From a virus (taxonomy: Duplodnaviria; Heunggongvirae; Uroviricota; Caudoviricetes), in IMG/VR virus record IMGVR_UViG_3300041405_000130: DNA of 64,000 nt; one strand, given 5' to 3'. Numbering within the stretch: the stretch's first letter is position 1; each line of letters starts with the position of its first letter. The position numbers were made by a program, and so were the translations under genes. Shown piece by piece: positions 28,340 to 37,696 of this stretch. A model generated the notes under the pieces. It was given only the letters and a program-made list of their open reading frames with translations, did not search any database and had not been told where the DNA came from.

Positions 28340-28535
28340 GATTGCATATTGCATTGCATCGTTGCTATAACCACATTGCTTTGCCACTTGATCTACCTCT
28401 TAATTGATTTAGGGGGGGGGGGTACTAAGTAATAATGAAATAGTATATGGGACCCCCCCAAAGGGTCCCCCCCACATACTATTACTATTTATATACATTT
28501 TTCTTTTAAGAAAAAGCTTTTAAATAGATTAACTA
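28340..28535. repeat. non-coding low-complexity/inverted-repeat element (TTGC repeats, G11 run, C7 runs, palindromes, AT-rich tract)
   Basis: Six TTGC in 28343-28385; G11 at 28412-28422; TAGTATATGGG (28441-51) / CCCACATACTA (28471-81) arms enclosing GGGACCC...GGGTCCC; TTTTTCTT-TT-AAGAAAAA. Confidence 0.7.
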
Positions 28536-28549
28536 CTTCTATCGAAGGA

Positions 28550-28744
28550 CTACTTTCTTTTAACAGAACTACTGAGGCGGCGGCGGCCGATTTCTTCGAG
28601 CATCATTCCGCGTGCAACACCAAGGATTGTCTTGCGAACATTCTCTCTTTTTATAGGACAAGCAGCAACTTCCTCTACAACTTTTTTCATATCTAAAGTG
28701 CGCTCACCACGAAGTAGTCCTAAGCTCATTAACCCCAGCCCCAT
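28550..28744 (-). CDS. small basic hypothetical protein
   Basis: 64-aa ORF. Confidence 0.5.
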   Translation of the reverse strand: MGLGLMSLGLLRGERTLDMKKVVEEVAACPIKRENVRKTILGVARGMMLEEIGRRRLSSSVKRK

Positions 28745-28929
28745 TTTCTTACTTCGGCGCGATGCGCCTTTTGTGCCGCAACATGCTGACGCGCTTTCTG
28801 AATCCAGATCTTCGGATTAGCTGTGCGCATACAAGCAACAACATATTCGTCTACCTTTGCATCTTGTGCCAGTATTCGCATCGCTTGGATTAGATGCTGG
28901 CGCCTGCCTCTTGTGATTTTGTTTGGCAA
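28729..28929 (-). CDS. small basic hypothetical protein
   Basis: 66-aa ORF, TTG start with SD GGGGA. Confidence 0.6.
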   Translation of the reverse strand: MPNKITRGRRQHLIQAMRILAQDAKVDEYVVACMRTANPKIWIQKARQHVAAQKAHRAEVRKWGWG

Positions 28930-29387
28930 CGCATTTTCCCCTGTATGCCCATTACAAATTGAGTTGATCCGATAACAGCAGCTATCTCTTCTGGAGTATA
29001 CATGCTCAGTTTTTTATTTTTAATCGGAGTGAGTTCGACTTCGTCCCATTTTAATTCACCCCATCGATCCAAATAGCTAGAGAACACTTTGTTGTCTTTG
29101 AGTTCTTGTGGTGTAAGTGGTCGAGACTTACCTTGCAAATCATCTACTTTAAACATTGGAGCATCTGCACCCAGTAGTCCTCCTTTAGCAAAAGCAGCTT
29201 GTACTAAAGGATGCCCAGCATTATCTGTAGTCCACTGTTCATAGAACTCTCGGGATTGCACCGGAGTACCCCAAACACAATCTGCAGCTTGTTGCCACGC
29301 AATGTTAGTAATGAACAACTTACTTAAGCGCAGAGTGCGATACAGATCACGGAGATAACGAACTTTACCTCTGGATGCTCTAGCCAT
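28890..29387 (-). CDS. hypothetical protein, basic N-terminus MARASRGKVRYLR
   Basis: 165-aa ORF. Confidence 0.7.
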   Translation of the reverse strand: MARASRGKVRYLRDLYRTLRLSKLFITNIAWQQAADCVWGTPVQSREFYEQWTTDNAGHPLVQAAFAKGGLLGADAPMFKVDDLQGKSRPLTPQELKDNKVFSSYLDRWGELKWDEVELTPIKNKKLSMYTPEEIAAVIGSTQFVMGIQGKMRCQTKSQEAGASI

Positions 29388-29703
29388 CGATTACACCCCA
29401 GTTCAATTCGTAAGCAATCTTATCACCTTGATTCACAGTGCTGCGATGCTTACCGGTGACGTATGTATGGTAATACGATTTCTTTGATCGACTAACAGTA
29501 TCACCGTTGGGCAACACTGTTGAGATAGATGACCAATCGAACCAGGTTGCAGCTTCCTGGATCATTGCTTCTGTTTGTTCCGGATCTTTGGCGTAAGCTC
29601 CGGAATAGTTCTTACGCATCGTTGCTATGAACTTAGCGCGATTAGCAATTCCCCGATAGACCAGACGGAGATTGTTAAGCTTACCCTTAGATACCCGTGC
29701 CAT
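29380..29703 (-). CDS. hypothetical protein, basic N-terminus MARVSKGKLNNLR
   Basis: Track ORF 29380..29766; ATG 29703 preferred (SD GAGG). Confidence 0.7.
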   Translation of the reverse strand: MARVSKGKLNNLRLVYRGIANRAKFIATMRKNYSGAYAKDPEQTEAMIQEAATWFDWSSISTVLPNGDTVSRSKKSYYHTYVTGKHRSTVNQGDKIAYELNWGVIDG

Positions 29704-30157
29704 AGGTGCCTCGTTTGATATCTTCACGGGCTTGCTCACGACCAAGTTCGCCTGCCAGAGCAGCATTCAACATCAATATTTTCCCACGACCATGGTTACC
29801 ATTACCGCCACCAATTACAGCGACTTGGTTCTCACGGCTTGGACGATGAACTTTCTGGATGTCCTGCAACGCTTCGGCCATTGGGACAGATGGAGTCAGA
29901 GTAACTTTCCCCAGAGCTTCCAATGCATCCTTGGTATCAGAAGACAGTTCTTTCTGAATAACCAGTTCATCTACTTCGTTGATCTTTTCTTGTAGAGGTT
30001 TTTCAATCATGTCTGCAATGGGTTTACTCTTACCCTTGAAGAAGTCAGGCGGAACATTTGTCCACTCAGGCAAGTTGTTCTGTTCACGCCACCGCTTAGC
30101 AGCATATTGCTCGTTGTGGTGTTCTGCTTCCGAACGTTTGAATGCGCTGTTACTCAT
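29687..30157 (-). CDS. hypothetical protein
   Basis: 156-aa ORF, ATGA coupled. Confidence 0.7.
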   Translation of the reverse strand: MSNSAFKRSEAEHHNEQYAAKRWREQNNLPEWTNVPPDFFKGKSKPIADMIEKPLQEKINEVDELVIQKELSSDTKDALEALGKVTLTPSVPMAEALQDIQKVHRPSRENQVAVIGGGNGNHGRGKILMLNAALAGELGREQAREDIKRGTYGTGI

Positions 30158-30897
30158 TTGAAGTCCTTGAAGATAGAGCGAACATACTCGGATGGTTTCA
30201 TGGTGTCACGATCGATTTCATCGCAACGGTTGAATTGGATCTGGATGGCACCATGCTCATTGCCGATAACAATCCACATCTTGAAGCCAGCAGGAACCTT
30301 TTTAGCAAAGGCAGTCATCACTGGTTTAGTACCGTAAATACCTTCCCACTCGGCTATGTATGTGGTCAGTTGGCGTCCAACAAAACCTACAGCAATAGCT
30401 GGCACATAGGGCTCCACGATCAGTTCAGCCTGATCCATGGAGATAACCGTACCGGTATCATCATTACTTTCACGCCATGTAGGTTCGCCGTAGACCATTA
30501 CAGCCTTGGCATCGTGAATGACGACGTGGGCTTCATCATGACGCTGATCGCATCCCAGAACTCGGTAAGTGTCCATTACCATTTTGTCAATAGAGAACAA
30601 AGCGGGATGGTTTTTGTGGGCGGTCTTACGAATCCATTTGGCCAGTTCTGCATGAACCCATGCTTTATCCCACTCGACATTTTCTTTACCAAGATACAAA
30701 GGACAGATATGTTTCTTTCCTGCACGAACGTGGATTACATCTCCACCCAAAAGAGCAGGGCTAGGTTCGTAATGACCCCAAGGCATGACTTCTTCACCAA
30801 CAGCGAAGAGTGTGCCATTAACAAGTTCGATCATGCGGTCAGTAACACCGCGAGATTTCAAATATTCAAAGTCAATTAACTGCAGTGCGTCCGTCAT
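30154..30897 (-). CDS. hypothetical protein
   Basis: 247-aa ORF after an early-type promoter motif. Confidence 0.75.
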   Translation of the reverse strand: MTDALQLIDFEYLKSRGVTDRMIELVNGTLFAVGEEVMPWGHYEPSPALLGGDVIHVRAGKKHICPLYLGKENVEWDKAWVHAELAKWIRKTAHKNHPALFSIDKMVMDTYRVLGCDQRHDEAHVVIHDAKAVMVYGEPTWRESNDDTGTVISMDQAELIVEPYVPAIAVGFVGRQLTTYIAEWEGIYGTKPVMTAFAKKVPAGFKMWIVIGNEHGAIQIQFNRCDEIDRDTMKPSEYVRSIFKDFK

Positions 30898-30931
30898 GGC
30901 TGTTCCTTTTTACGGGTGTAAGTTCAGAATA

Positions 30932-30948
30932 GTAATATAGATTTCAGA
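30932..30948 (-). promoter_or_regulatory. early-type promoter motif TCTGAAATCTATATTAC
   Basis: Repeated motif containing an exact TATATTAC. Confidence 0.7.
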
Positions 30949-30959
30949 TTTCTTGGAAA

Positions 30960-30986
30960 CGGCATAAAGCCTACCCGAAGGTAGGC
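30960..30986 (-). terminator. terminator, UUCG/TTTATGCCG family
   Basis: GCCTACC-TTCG-GGTAGGC-TTTATGCCG, identical to 18557-18583. Confidence 0.8.
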
Positions 30987-30991
30987 GGGTA

Positions 30992-31417
30992 TTATGCAGC
31001 TGGACCCGAAGGTGGATACACAGCGTATTTACCCTGAGGTGGGTAATGTGGAACCCAAACTGGATCAGGATCGACGCCAGTTGCCTCTGGAGCTTTCGGT
31101 CCAGTGTAAGCTTGCATCTTAGAAAGGTCCACAAGGGCCTTTGCAGACGTTTCGATGTAAGTTAGCAGCGAAGCTACGTCTGTAAGCTTGGTGCCACCCC
31201 AGCCACGCTTCTGGACAGTTAAGAATTTGCTAGAGCAAGTAATTTGCCCAGAGTATTCTTGTTCTGTCTGTGCTACGTTTACACGCAGCGCTTCTGGCAG
31301 TGGAGCAATGTGAGAAGTCAGAAACAAACGACGAATAACTTCTTCGGCGTACGTTTTAGATACACCCAGTTTTGTAGCAATTGCTTCTTGGGTTGTTTCA
31401 ATAGTGATCATGCTCAC
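30992..31417 (-). CDS. hypothetical protein
   Basis: 141-aa ORF. Confidence 0.7.
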   Translation of the reverse strand: MSMITIETTQEAIATKLGVSKTYAEEVIRRLFLTSHIAPLPEALRVNVAQTEQEYSGQITCSSKFLTVQKRGWGGTKLTDVASLLTYIETSAKALVDLSKMQAYTGPKAPEATGVDPDPVWVPHYPPQGKYAVYPPSGPAA

Positions 31418-32181
31418 CTCGTAAAGATTTCATGGAATTGATCTAGGTCGGCATCCAACATTGCAACTTCTTGCAGAGTCATCCGAACTCGAGTATGGGT
31501 GTCGCTGTTCCGATAAGCGTAACCTTCCAGAACGATGTTGCGATAATCTTTAACCACGGTGCGATCGATCTTATCAAACACTACACCCAGTTTAATCAGA
31601 CGTCTTACTAACCGAGCAATAGCCCGACCAGCTTCACCAGGAATGTTCCCAATATAACTCCAGATGTCATCAACCGGTACACCAGGTAAAACTGCTACAC
31701 CCGGCAAACCAATAAAGTCTAGTTGGAAAGGAACGACACCCAGTTCGCCCATAATCGGGCGCCAGATGCGATAACCGTTAGTGGTTTCTTCTAGCTGGTA
31801 ATGGAAGACCGGATAATCTTCTTGCAGTGCTTCTAGGTGATCGTCCAGTGCACGTCGTACACCTTCGTTGTACCGTAGGGCTGATTCGTTGTAATCACGC
31901 TCAAATGCGTGCTCAGGGCTTTCTTTGGTAAACTCTTTTCGAACAGACCATTCATACCGCTCACCATTAGCTTTGTCGAAAATGGTAAAGTAATAAGTCA
32001 TTGCATCGGAGAGTTGGAATTGCACATCGAAGCGACTAATGTCACAACGTGGCCACTGACTACGCAACCGACGCAGTGCGTCAATACGGTTCAGCATATT
32101 TTGATAGATGTCACATGGATTGCCGTACAGACTCAAATCGATGGTCGTAAGAGGTGCAGGCTTTTCACAACGCTTGTACAT
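31414..32181 (-). CDS. hypothetical protein
   Basis: 255-aa ORF, SD GGAG. Confidence 0.75.
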   Translation of the reverse strand: MYKRCEKPAPLTTIDLSLYGNPCDIYQNMLNRIDALRRLRSQWPRCDISRFDVQFQLSDAMTYYFTIFDKANGERYEWSVRKEFTKESPEHAFERDYNESALRYNEGVRRALDDHLEALQEDYPVFHYQLEETTNGYRIWRPIMGELGVVPFQLDFIGLPGVAVLPGVPVDDIWSYIGNIPGEAGRAIARLVRRLIKLGVVFDKIDRTVVKDYRNIVLEGYAYRNSDTHTRVRMTLQEVAMLDADLDQFHEIFTR

Positions 32182-32225
32182 TGCGTTAGCTCCGTATTGG
32201 TTAACTACAGAGGATAAAAGAAAAA

Positions 32226-32254
32226 CGGCATAGACGGGAACCCGAAGGTTCCCG
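32226..32254 (-). terminator. terminator, UUCG family
   Basis: CGGGAACC-TTCG-GGTTCCCG-TCTATGCCG. Confidence 0.75.
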
Positions 32255-32260
32255 AATATC

Positions 32261-33166
32261 TTAGACAGCGAAGTCCAACGAGTAGTGTTTGCGTGTCACA
32301 GAGTTAGCCAGGTAAACCTGAACCGACGGAGTGCTACGGTATTCACTGTGCGATGCAGTCACCGAGTAGATATGAACATCACTACCCAGGGTGCTCAGCT
32401 GACGCAGAACTTCTTTCAGTACGGCACCAGTGAGTTCACGACGCTTCTCGGAAACAAAGCTGATCACTTGATCAACATCCAAACGGTCCACATTGATGGA
32501 TTCGTTTTCGTCAAAGGTACGTGCATTGATACCAGTGAAACGTTCCCACTTACCATCAAGCAAAACGGTCAGCCCGGTGTTCGAGTAACCACGATCCGAT
32601 TCGCCCAACAAAACGTTTGCGAAGTTACGACCCAGGATGTACTTGACTGGGAGTTCCAGTTTCAGTTTCTGGTTAGTCTCGTCAATCGGCTTGGAATCCA
32701 GACGAACAGTAACCATGCCATTAGTCATGGAAACAGTGATATGTGGATCTTCAGCAGCTTCGATACCCAGATCGAACGACAGTGGTTGGAAACAGTTGGA
32801 TGCCAGAGTCTCAACAATAGCACCGAAGGCACCGGCGAGCTTACGGCCTTCTTCTGTGTGCGATACCGCCAGCGCTGTAACCAGGATACCGCGTAGACGA
32901 TCGACGGTCAGTTCTTCTTGCCGATCATGGGAATCGCGCTTACCCAAACCAAACCCACCAAAGCCATAGGTATTACGACCAGCGCCTTGTTGGATTTCGA
33001 TAGCTCCACGGACGATGCCGTACTGTGTAGTGATCTTGTTAGTGAGGCTACCATTACGGTCATAGCCTTCAGCCTCGTTCCAACCGGTGAGGGCCAGACC
33101 GCTTTCACCGTCTAGTACCAGACCGGTGTCAATTAGTTGTTTCAGAGCATCAGTGTTATTGCACAT
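32261..33166 (-). CDS. hypothetical protein
   Basis: 301-aa ORF, SD GAGG. Confidence 0.75.
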   Translation of the reverse strand: MCNNTDALKQLIDTGLVLDGESGLALTGWNEAEGYDRNGSLTNKITTQYGIVRGAIEIQQGAGRNTYGFGGFGLGKRDSHDRQEELTVDRLRGILVTALAVSHTEEGRKLAGAFGAIVETLASNCFQPLSFDLGIEAAEDPHITVSMTNGMVTVRLDSKPIDETNQKLKLELPVKYILGRNFANVLLGESDRGYSNTGLTVLLDGKWERFTGINARTFDENESINVDRLDVDQVISFVSEKRRELTGAVLKEVLRQLSTLGSDVHIYSVTASHSEYRSTPSVQVYLANSVTRKHYSLDFAV

Positions 33167-33202
33167 CGTAAAACGTTCCTCGTTATAGGGTGTAATGCAT
33201 TA

Positions 33203-33226
33203 CATACTAGATGCAACCTAGTATTT
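33203..33226 (-). promoter_or_regulatory. bipartite promoter motif AAATACT-N10-TAGTATG
   Basis: Recurrent motif upstream of ATG 33166. Confidence 0.55.
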
Positions 33227-33572
33227 AATCTCGTTTAGCCCGATTCAATAAAGCTTGCAACTTCGGACTGATTGCTACAGGTTCAGGTTTTTCGTAGTAG
33301 CTCGGGACCTTCAACTCGACCCGTGGATTTGCATAGATACTCATGATATCCATGTCCATCGGATGTGAAGCGAATGGTCGTTCAAAATACTGTGGTCGAT
33401 AGGAATCCCCACCTACGATAACGATCTTGTCTAAGTTAAGACCTTGCAGCTTGGCCTTAATCTCTAAAGCATGTGGATCATCACCAACAATTGCAACTGT
33501 GATTGGCTTATCGCTAAGCATCACCTTTTCTTCTGAAGGGGGTTGTGCAGCAATTTCTTCTAAGCGACACAT
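33225..33572 (-). CDS. hypothetical protein
   Basis: 115-aa ORF. Confidence 0.7.
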   Translation of the reverse strand: MCRLEEIAAQPPSEEKVMLSDKPITVAIVGDDPHALEIKAKLQGLNLDKIVIVGGDSYRPQYFERPFASHPMDMDIMSIYANPRVELKVPSYYEKPEPVAISPKLQALLNRAKRD

Positions 33573-33599
33573 AACAAATTCCTGAATGAATGCAAATTA

Positions 33600-33616
33600 G
33601 TAATATAGATCTGAGA
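33600..33616 (-). promoter_or_regulatory. early-type promoter motif TCTCAGATCTATATTAC
   Basis: Repeated motif. Confidence 0.7.
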
Positions 33617-33657
33617 TTCATTGCAGTCCAATCATTTGAATTTAGGAGACCGCATTC

Positions 33658-34905
33658 ATGCATGACACAACCACTATCGTCGATTTGCTAGAAAAGCATT
33701 TTGCTGACGTTAAACTCGACCGCGCTTTTTGTATGCGGGTCATCAACTTCGTTACCCGCTTCATGAACAAAAATGCTGACCACTCCGCTTTCTTTGGTGG
33801 GGCATTGTTAGGGGTTAACCCAATCCGTTGGCACCCAGCTGACCGTGAACAATGGTACGACGAAGTTTTACAAGTCAACGATGATCTGTTGCAATATGAT
33901 TTTCTCAAGTTAGATGTAATCGATCCATCACACAACGTAAACTCAGATTCATTCAACCACATCCCTGCATTCCTTTGCCGTAAGCTGATGATGAATACAC
34001 AGCTACCTGGCAACTTGCGTGATGAAACAATGATCGCATTGTTTACTTTGCTGCACATCAAATACCTCACCTCTCTGTTGAGTCGCCGGTTTTCTTACCC
34101 GGCTAAACGTGAAGTAGCAGAAGCTACATTCATGTCACTTAACTACAAGTGGGACATTCGTCGTCTAGGTAGTTGGCACGCCCTTATTCGAGATCGTTGC
34201 TTATCGATCATCGGACCAGATACAAACTACAGTGACCACATCTTTGGTGCAAAGAATTCTTTGACGGATTACTGGTCTACTCGAATTGTAACTGACACGC
34301 AATCACGTATTCGTGAAGTGATCAACAAGATCTACGCCGTGTATATCCAGGTACTCAAAGAAGGTGGGCGGGTTATCACTACTTCTGAGATGGGACTGTC
34401 TACCGATGGCGATGCTTTCCTTAAAGACAAGACGTCTGGATTTGCTACCTATCTTCGATACGGTAAAGAAGTGGTAACTAACGAAGCTAACTTCATTCGT
34501 CCTGAACTGTTGGGAATCATCGAACGAGCAATGGTTGACTCCATGCCAGCTGATCCTTTTGAGAATACCCTCAAGTACATCTGCCGGAACGTAGCCCAAC
34601 CTCGTATGGGTCACATTGATAAGATGTTTGAAGAATGCTTGTTATATGTATTCGATCAGATGCAGTCAGAACGTACACAGATCCAACGATCGAATGACTT
34701 AGAGGGATTGATCTTAAAGGTCCGTTCTAAGTTAATGGCTTCTCGTTCGAGTGACCCTCGCGTGTTGTATCTGCGCGAAGTCGGAGAGAAGATTGTGGCA
34801 GATGCTACAGGTATCCGTAACAAAGCGGTACTGGCTGCAACTCGTACAGGTGTGATGCTTTACATTACACTTCGTGTGTTGACCAAGAACCATTACGCTC
34901 GATAA
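33658..34905 (+). CDS. conserved phiKZ-like protein (gp32-like position), probable structural/late protein
   Basis: 415-aa ORF, SD AGGAG, own terminator. Confidence 0.8.
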   Translation: MHDTTTIVDLLEKHFADVKLDRAFCMRVINFVTRFMNKNADHSAFFGGALLGVNPIRWHPADREQWYDEVLQVNDDLLQYDFLKLDVIDPSHNVNSDSFNHIPAFLCRKLMMNTQLPGNLRDETMIALFTLLHIKYLTSLLSRRFSYPAKREVAEATFMSLNYKWDIRRLGSWHALIRDRCLSIIGPDTNYSDHIFGAKNSLTDYWSTRIVTDTQSRIREVINKIYAVYIQVLKEGGRVITTSEMGLSTDGDAFLKDKTSGFATYLRYGKEVVTNEANFIRPELLGIIERAMVDSMPADPFENTLKYICRNVAQPRMGHIDKMFEECLLYVFDQMQSERTQIQRSNDLEGLILKVRSKLMASRSSDPRVLYLREVGEKIVADATGIRNKAVLAATRTGVMLYITLRVLTKNHYAR

Positions 34906-34923
34906 AAAAAAAATACAGCATAA

Positions 34924-34952
34924 GGCTCTCCCGAAGGAGAGCCGTTATGTCG
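34924..34952. terminator. bidirectional terminator
   Basis: GGCTCTCC-CGAA-GGAGAGCC with TTATG tails on both strands. Confidence 0.8.
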
Positions 34953-35294
34953 TTAAATGTCTTTCTGTACTGGAGCCCCCAGATCAGATGCAACTTGAGT
35001 CATGAGGCTCAGTACGTAAGGCTTGTACGTATCAAACTCTTCTGGAGTCAACTGTAACCGCTGCAGAGCAGTGTCACTGTAAACAATTGCGTAACCAGCC
35101 ACGTCCATGATCTTCTCATGTTCGAACTTAGTTACAGCATCCCAACATGCGCTAGCATCACACTGAACCAGTGTGGAGGTCATGAACAAATCTTTCAACA
35201 CGTCCGGGTTGAGGTCCGGGTGCTTGATTTCTTCTGCGTGTGCAACAGAACCAAAAGCGAGTGCAGCAATCAGTGTGAGGCTAGCGAATTTCAT
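34953..35294 (-). CDS. secreted/periplasmic hypothetical protein
   Basis: Sec signal peptide MKFASLTLIAALAFGSVAHA|EE. Confidence 0.7.
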   Translation of the reverse strand: MKFASLTLIAALAFGSVAHAEEIKHPDLNPDVLKDLFMTSTLVQCDASACWDAVTKFEHEKIMDVAGYAIVYSDTALQRLQLTPEEFDTYKPYVLSLMTQVASDLGAPVQKDI

Positions 35295-35298
35295 GAGG

Positions 35299-36501
35299 TT
35301 AGTCCTTTAGAGGTTTGATGATAAGTGCGAATGCTTCAAAGTCACCACGGAAACCACGTTCTTTAAGTTTCATGAACGCTTCGTAATGTGGTTTTGCTTG
35401 ATCACGTTCAATACCTGCCTTCGCAAGTACGTGATCTTCAAGGAAGGTCGTTACTTGCGCAGTAATGAAATGGGAATACGAAACCAGGGCTTTTTGTAGA
35501 TCAACATCGATCATCTTAACCAGCTCAGGTTGATCACGAAGCGTATCCATCATCTTGGCACTGATTCCTGGATACTGCTGTCCTACCGGTAATTCCATAT
35601 TACCGAGAGTATTACCACCACGAGCAGCTTCAACAACAAGCTGATCATCGTAGAAGAAAACTTTGCTACCGGATGGAGAAACGAAGACGTGTTCTTTTTG
35701 GAAGCGGTCAACATCGAAGCGAGCAGCTTGCGTCAACGTGCCTGCACCAAGCTTCAGAATATCATCTTTAGCTTTAATGACAGCCTTCATCAACTTGGCA
35801 ATGTCTTGACGTACGTTGTTAAGAACAGTACGCATGCCAAGCACGTGTGGGCGAATCTTCTGGATGATGTTTTCAACGTTCTCGTTGAGGTCGGTACCAG
35901 TAACATACCCCACACCAAAGTGCATCATCCGAGCAGTTGTAGCTACGATCAACATGCCTTCTGGATCGTAGACAGCCCAGCCATCACCACGTTGGGCAAC
36001 AGAATACTTCTGCATGTTGTAAATTCGTTTGGCACTGAGTTTGCCAGTAGCTTCGAGCAGACCATGGAAGTCACGAGCCATTTTACGGATCTTTGAATTC
36101 GTCATGGTTTCAAAGACGTACATCGCCGCGCCAGATTGCTCTTGATAGATCTGGTCGAAGATAGCGCCAATAGACCAACCAAGAGTTTGTCGGTTTCGAA
36201 CTTGTTCTGAGTAGAGCTCATTGAACTTTTCCCAGTCTAGTTTAATGATCTTAGTCTTGGGGTCAAACGAGAACACCACGTAATCTTTGTAACTGAGTTC
36301 TAACAAGAAATCACGGTCTTCGTTGAATGTACAAACCAGATCAGCAATCGTGGTAGGGATTCTTGGGGTACGGTAGATCTGCGCACGATACAACTGCCAA
36401 ATCTGTGTACGCAGAATGTACAACTCATCACGGGAAAGCGCTTGGGTAAACATTACAGTTTTGTTGATTTGCATACAGCTACCATGTTGTGGGTTTATCA
36501 C
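35299..36501 (-). CDS. hypothetical protein
   Basis: 400-aa ORF after the promoter-like motif at 36506-36522. Confidence 0.8.
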   Translation of the reverse strand: MINPQHGSCMQINKTVMFTQALSRDELYILRTQIWQLYRAQIYRTPRIPTTIADLVCTFNEDRDFLLELSYKDYVVFSFDPKTKIIKLDWEKFNELYSEQVRNRQTLGWSIGAIFDQIYQEQSGAAMYVFETMTNSKIRKMARDFHGLLEATGKLSAKRIYNMQKYSVAQRGDGWAVYDPEGMLIVATTARMMHFGVGYVTGTDLNENVENIIQKIRPHVLGMRTVLNNVRQDIAKLMKAVIKAKDDILKLGAGTLTQAARFDVDRFQKEHVFVSPSGSKVFFYDDQLVVEAARGGNTLGNMELPVGQQYPGISAKMMDTLRDQPELVKMIDVDLQKALVSYSHFITAQVTTFLEDHVLAKAGIERDQAKPHYEAFMKLKERGFRGDFEAFALIIKPLKD

Positions 36502-36505
36502 AGTT

Positions 36506-36522
36506 GTAATGTAGACCCGTAA
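36506..36522 (-). promoter_or_regulatory. early-type promoter variant TTACGGGTCTACATTAC
   Basis: Degenerate copy of the repeated motif. Confidence 0.45.
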
Positions 36523-36549
36523 TTCTTTTCAATGTACCAATCGACAACA

Positions 36550-36578
36550 CGGCATAAAGCCGATCCCGAAGGATCGAC
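36550..36578 (-). terminator. terminator of the tail tube/sheath operon
   Basis: GTCGATCC-TTCG-GGATCGGC-TTTATGCCG. Confidence 0.8.
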
Positions 36579-36587
36579 TAATGCCTG

Positions 36588-36779
36588 CTACGCCTTGGGA
36601 GCGGTTGTAGCTGTTTGACCTTTAGCTTCGCGACGCAAAGCAGCAGCGGCTGCTAGATCATCCGCAAAGCCGAAACCAGCATTTGCTTCGTCAACACCGA
36701 TAAACGATGCAAACGTTTTCTTTTCAGCTTGTGCCTTTTGACCCGTTGGGGTCGAAGGTGTTACGGAGCTAGTAGCCAT
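36588..36779 (-). CDS. small Ala/Thr-rich protein co-transcribed with the tail tube
   Basis: 63-aa ORF, SD AAGGA overlapping the tube stop codon. Confidence 0.65.
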   Translation of the reverse strand: MATSSVTPSTPTGQKAQAEKKTFASFIGVDEANAGFGFADDLAAAAALRREAKGQTATTAPKA

Positions 36780-36789
36780 TGCTTATTCC

Positions 36790-37659
36790 TTAGGCGATAC
36801 CGATACGGTTGTTAGCACCTTCAGCAAGCTGATCGGAGATACCGTTACGTTGACCTTGGACGTCTGCACTGATCTTGTCAGTCCAGTTCTGCATGTCGTT
36901 CGGGTTCAGACCACTGAGATCCATCGATTGAAGGATTTCACGAGCGTACATCTTAACACCAGCCGAAGTATCGGTCAGTGCTGTAAACTCGATAGTCAGT
37001 TCCAGGTTCTGACCAATCTGCGAAACGTCTTTACGGTTCGACCAATCACCAGTAGTGGTTGGCTGCATGTTAGTGCACAGGTAAGCAGATACCACGTCTT
37101 GCATGGTTGGATCTGGCTCGATGAACAGTACAGTGCAACCTGCGAAGGTTTGGTTGTAATGCTCAGGACGAACCATACCGTCCGATACAATCAGAGGAAC
37201 TTTAGTGTTCGGATCACCCAGACCGTACAGAATCCACCATTCCAGGAAGTGCTGGATGGTACGACCTTGCAGTTCCCAAGCACCCAACGAAGGACGCGAG
37301 GTAGCACGGGTAACGTTCGAGACCGCAGAGATTACTTCACCAGCACCACCGACAGGAGCATCGGCGAATTCAGCAGTAACAGTACGGTTCAGACCATCGA
37401 TAGTACGGCAGTGTTTCTCGATCAGTGCTTTCAGAGAAGCGATCAGTTGGTTTTGGTTGGCCGCATACCGGAAGAAGCGCGGAGCTTCCAACAGAATTGC
37501 GATCAGGTTACGAGACACGTACGGTGTGTTCGAAGCCAGGTTAGCCAAGTCCGGAGCCAGGACAAACGTACCGGCTTGCGCCAGGTTCATCATGTTCTCA
37601 GAAGCGTTGGCACCGTAGCCCGAGCGCGGAGCGTACGGGTTTGAATAGCGCTTTGCCAT
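36790..37659 (-). CDS. tail tube protein (phiKZ gp30-like)
   Basis: 289 aa, immediately downstream of the sheath; size and position match. Confidence 0.75.
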   Translation of the reverse strand: MAKRYSNPYAPRSGYGANASENMMNLAQAGTFVLAPDLANLASNTPYVSRNLIAILLEAPRFFRYAANQNQLIASLKALIEKHCRTIDGLNRTVTAEFADAPVGGAGEVISAVSNVTRATSRPSLGAWELQGRTIQHFLEWWILYGLGDPNTKVPLIVSDGMVRPEHYNQTFAGCTVLFIEPDPTMQDVVSAYLCTNMQPTTTGDWSNRKDVSQIGQNLELTIEFTALTDTSAGVKMYAREILQSMDLSGLNPNDMQNWTDKISADVQGQRNGISDQLAEGANNRIGIA

Positions 37660-37696
37660 TTGGTGGACCTCTTGCTAATGTGGGACAACCCGAGGC

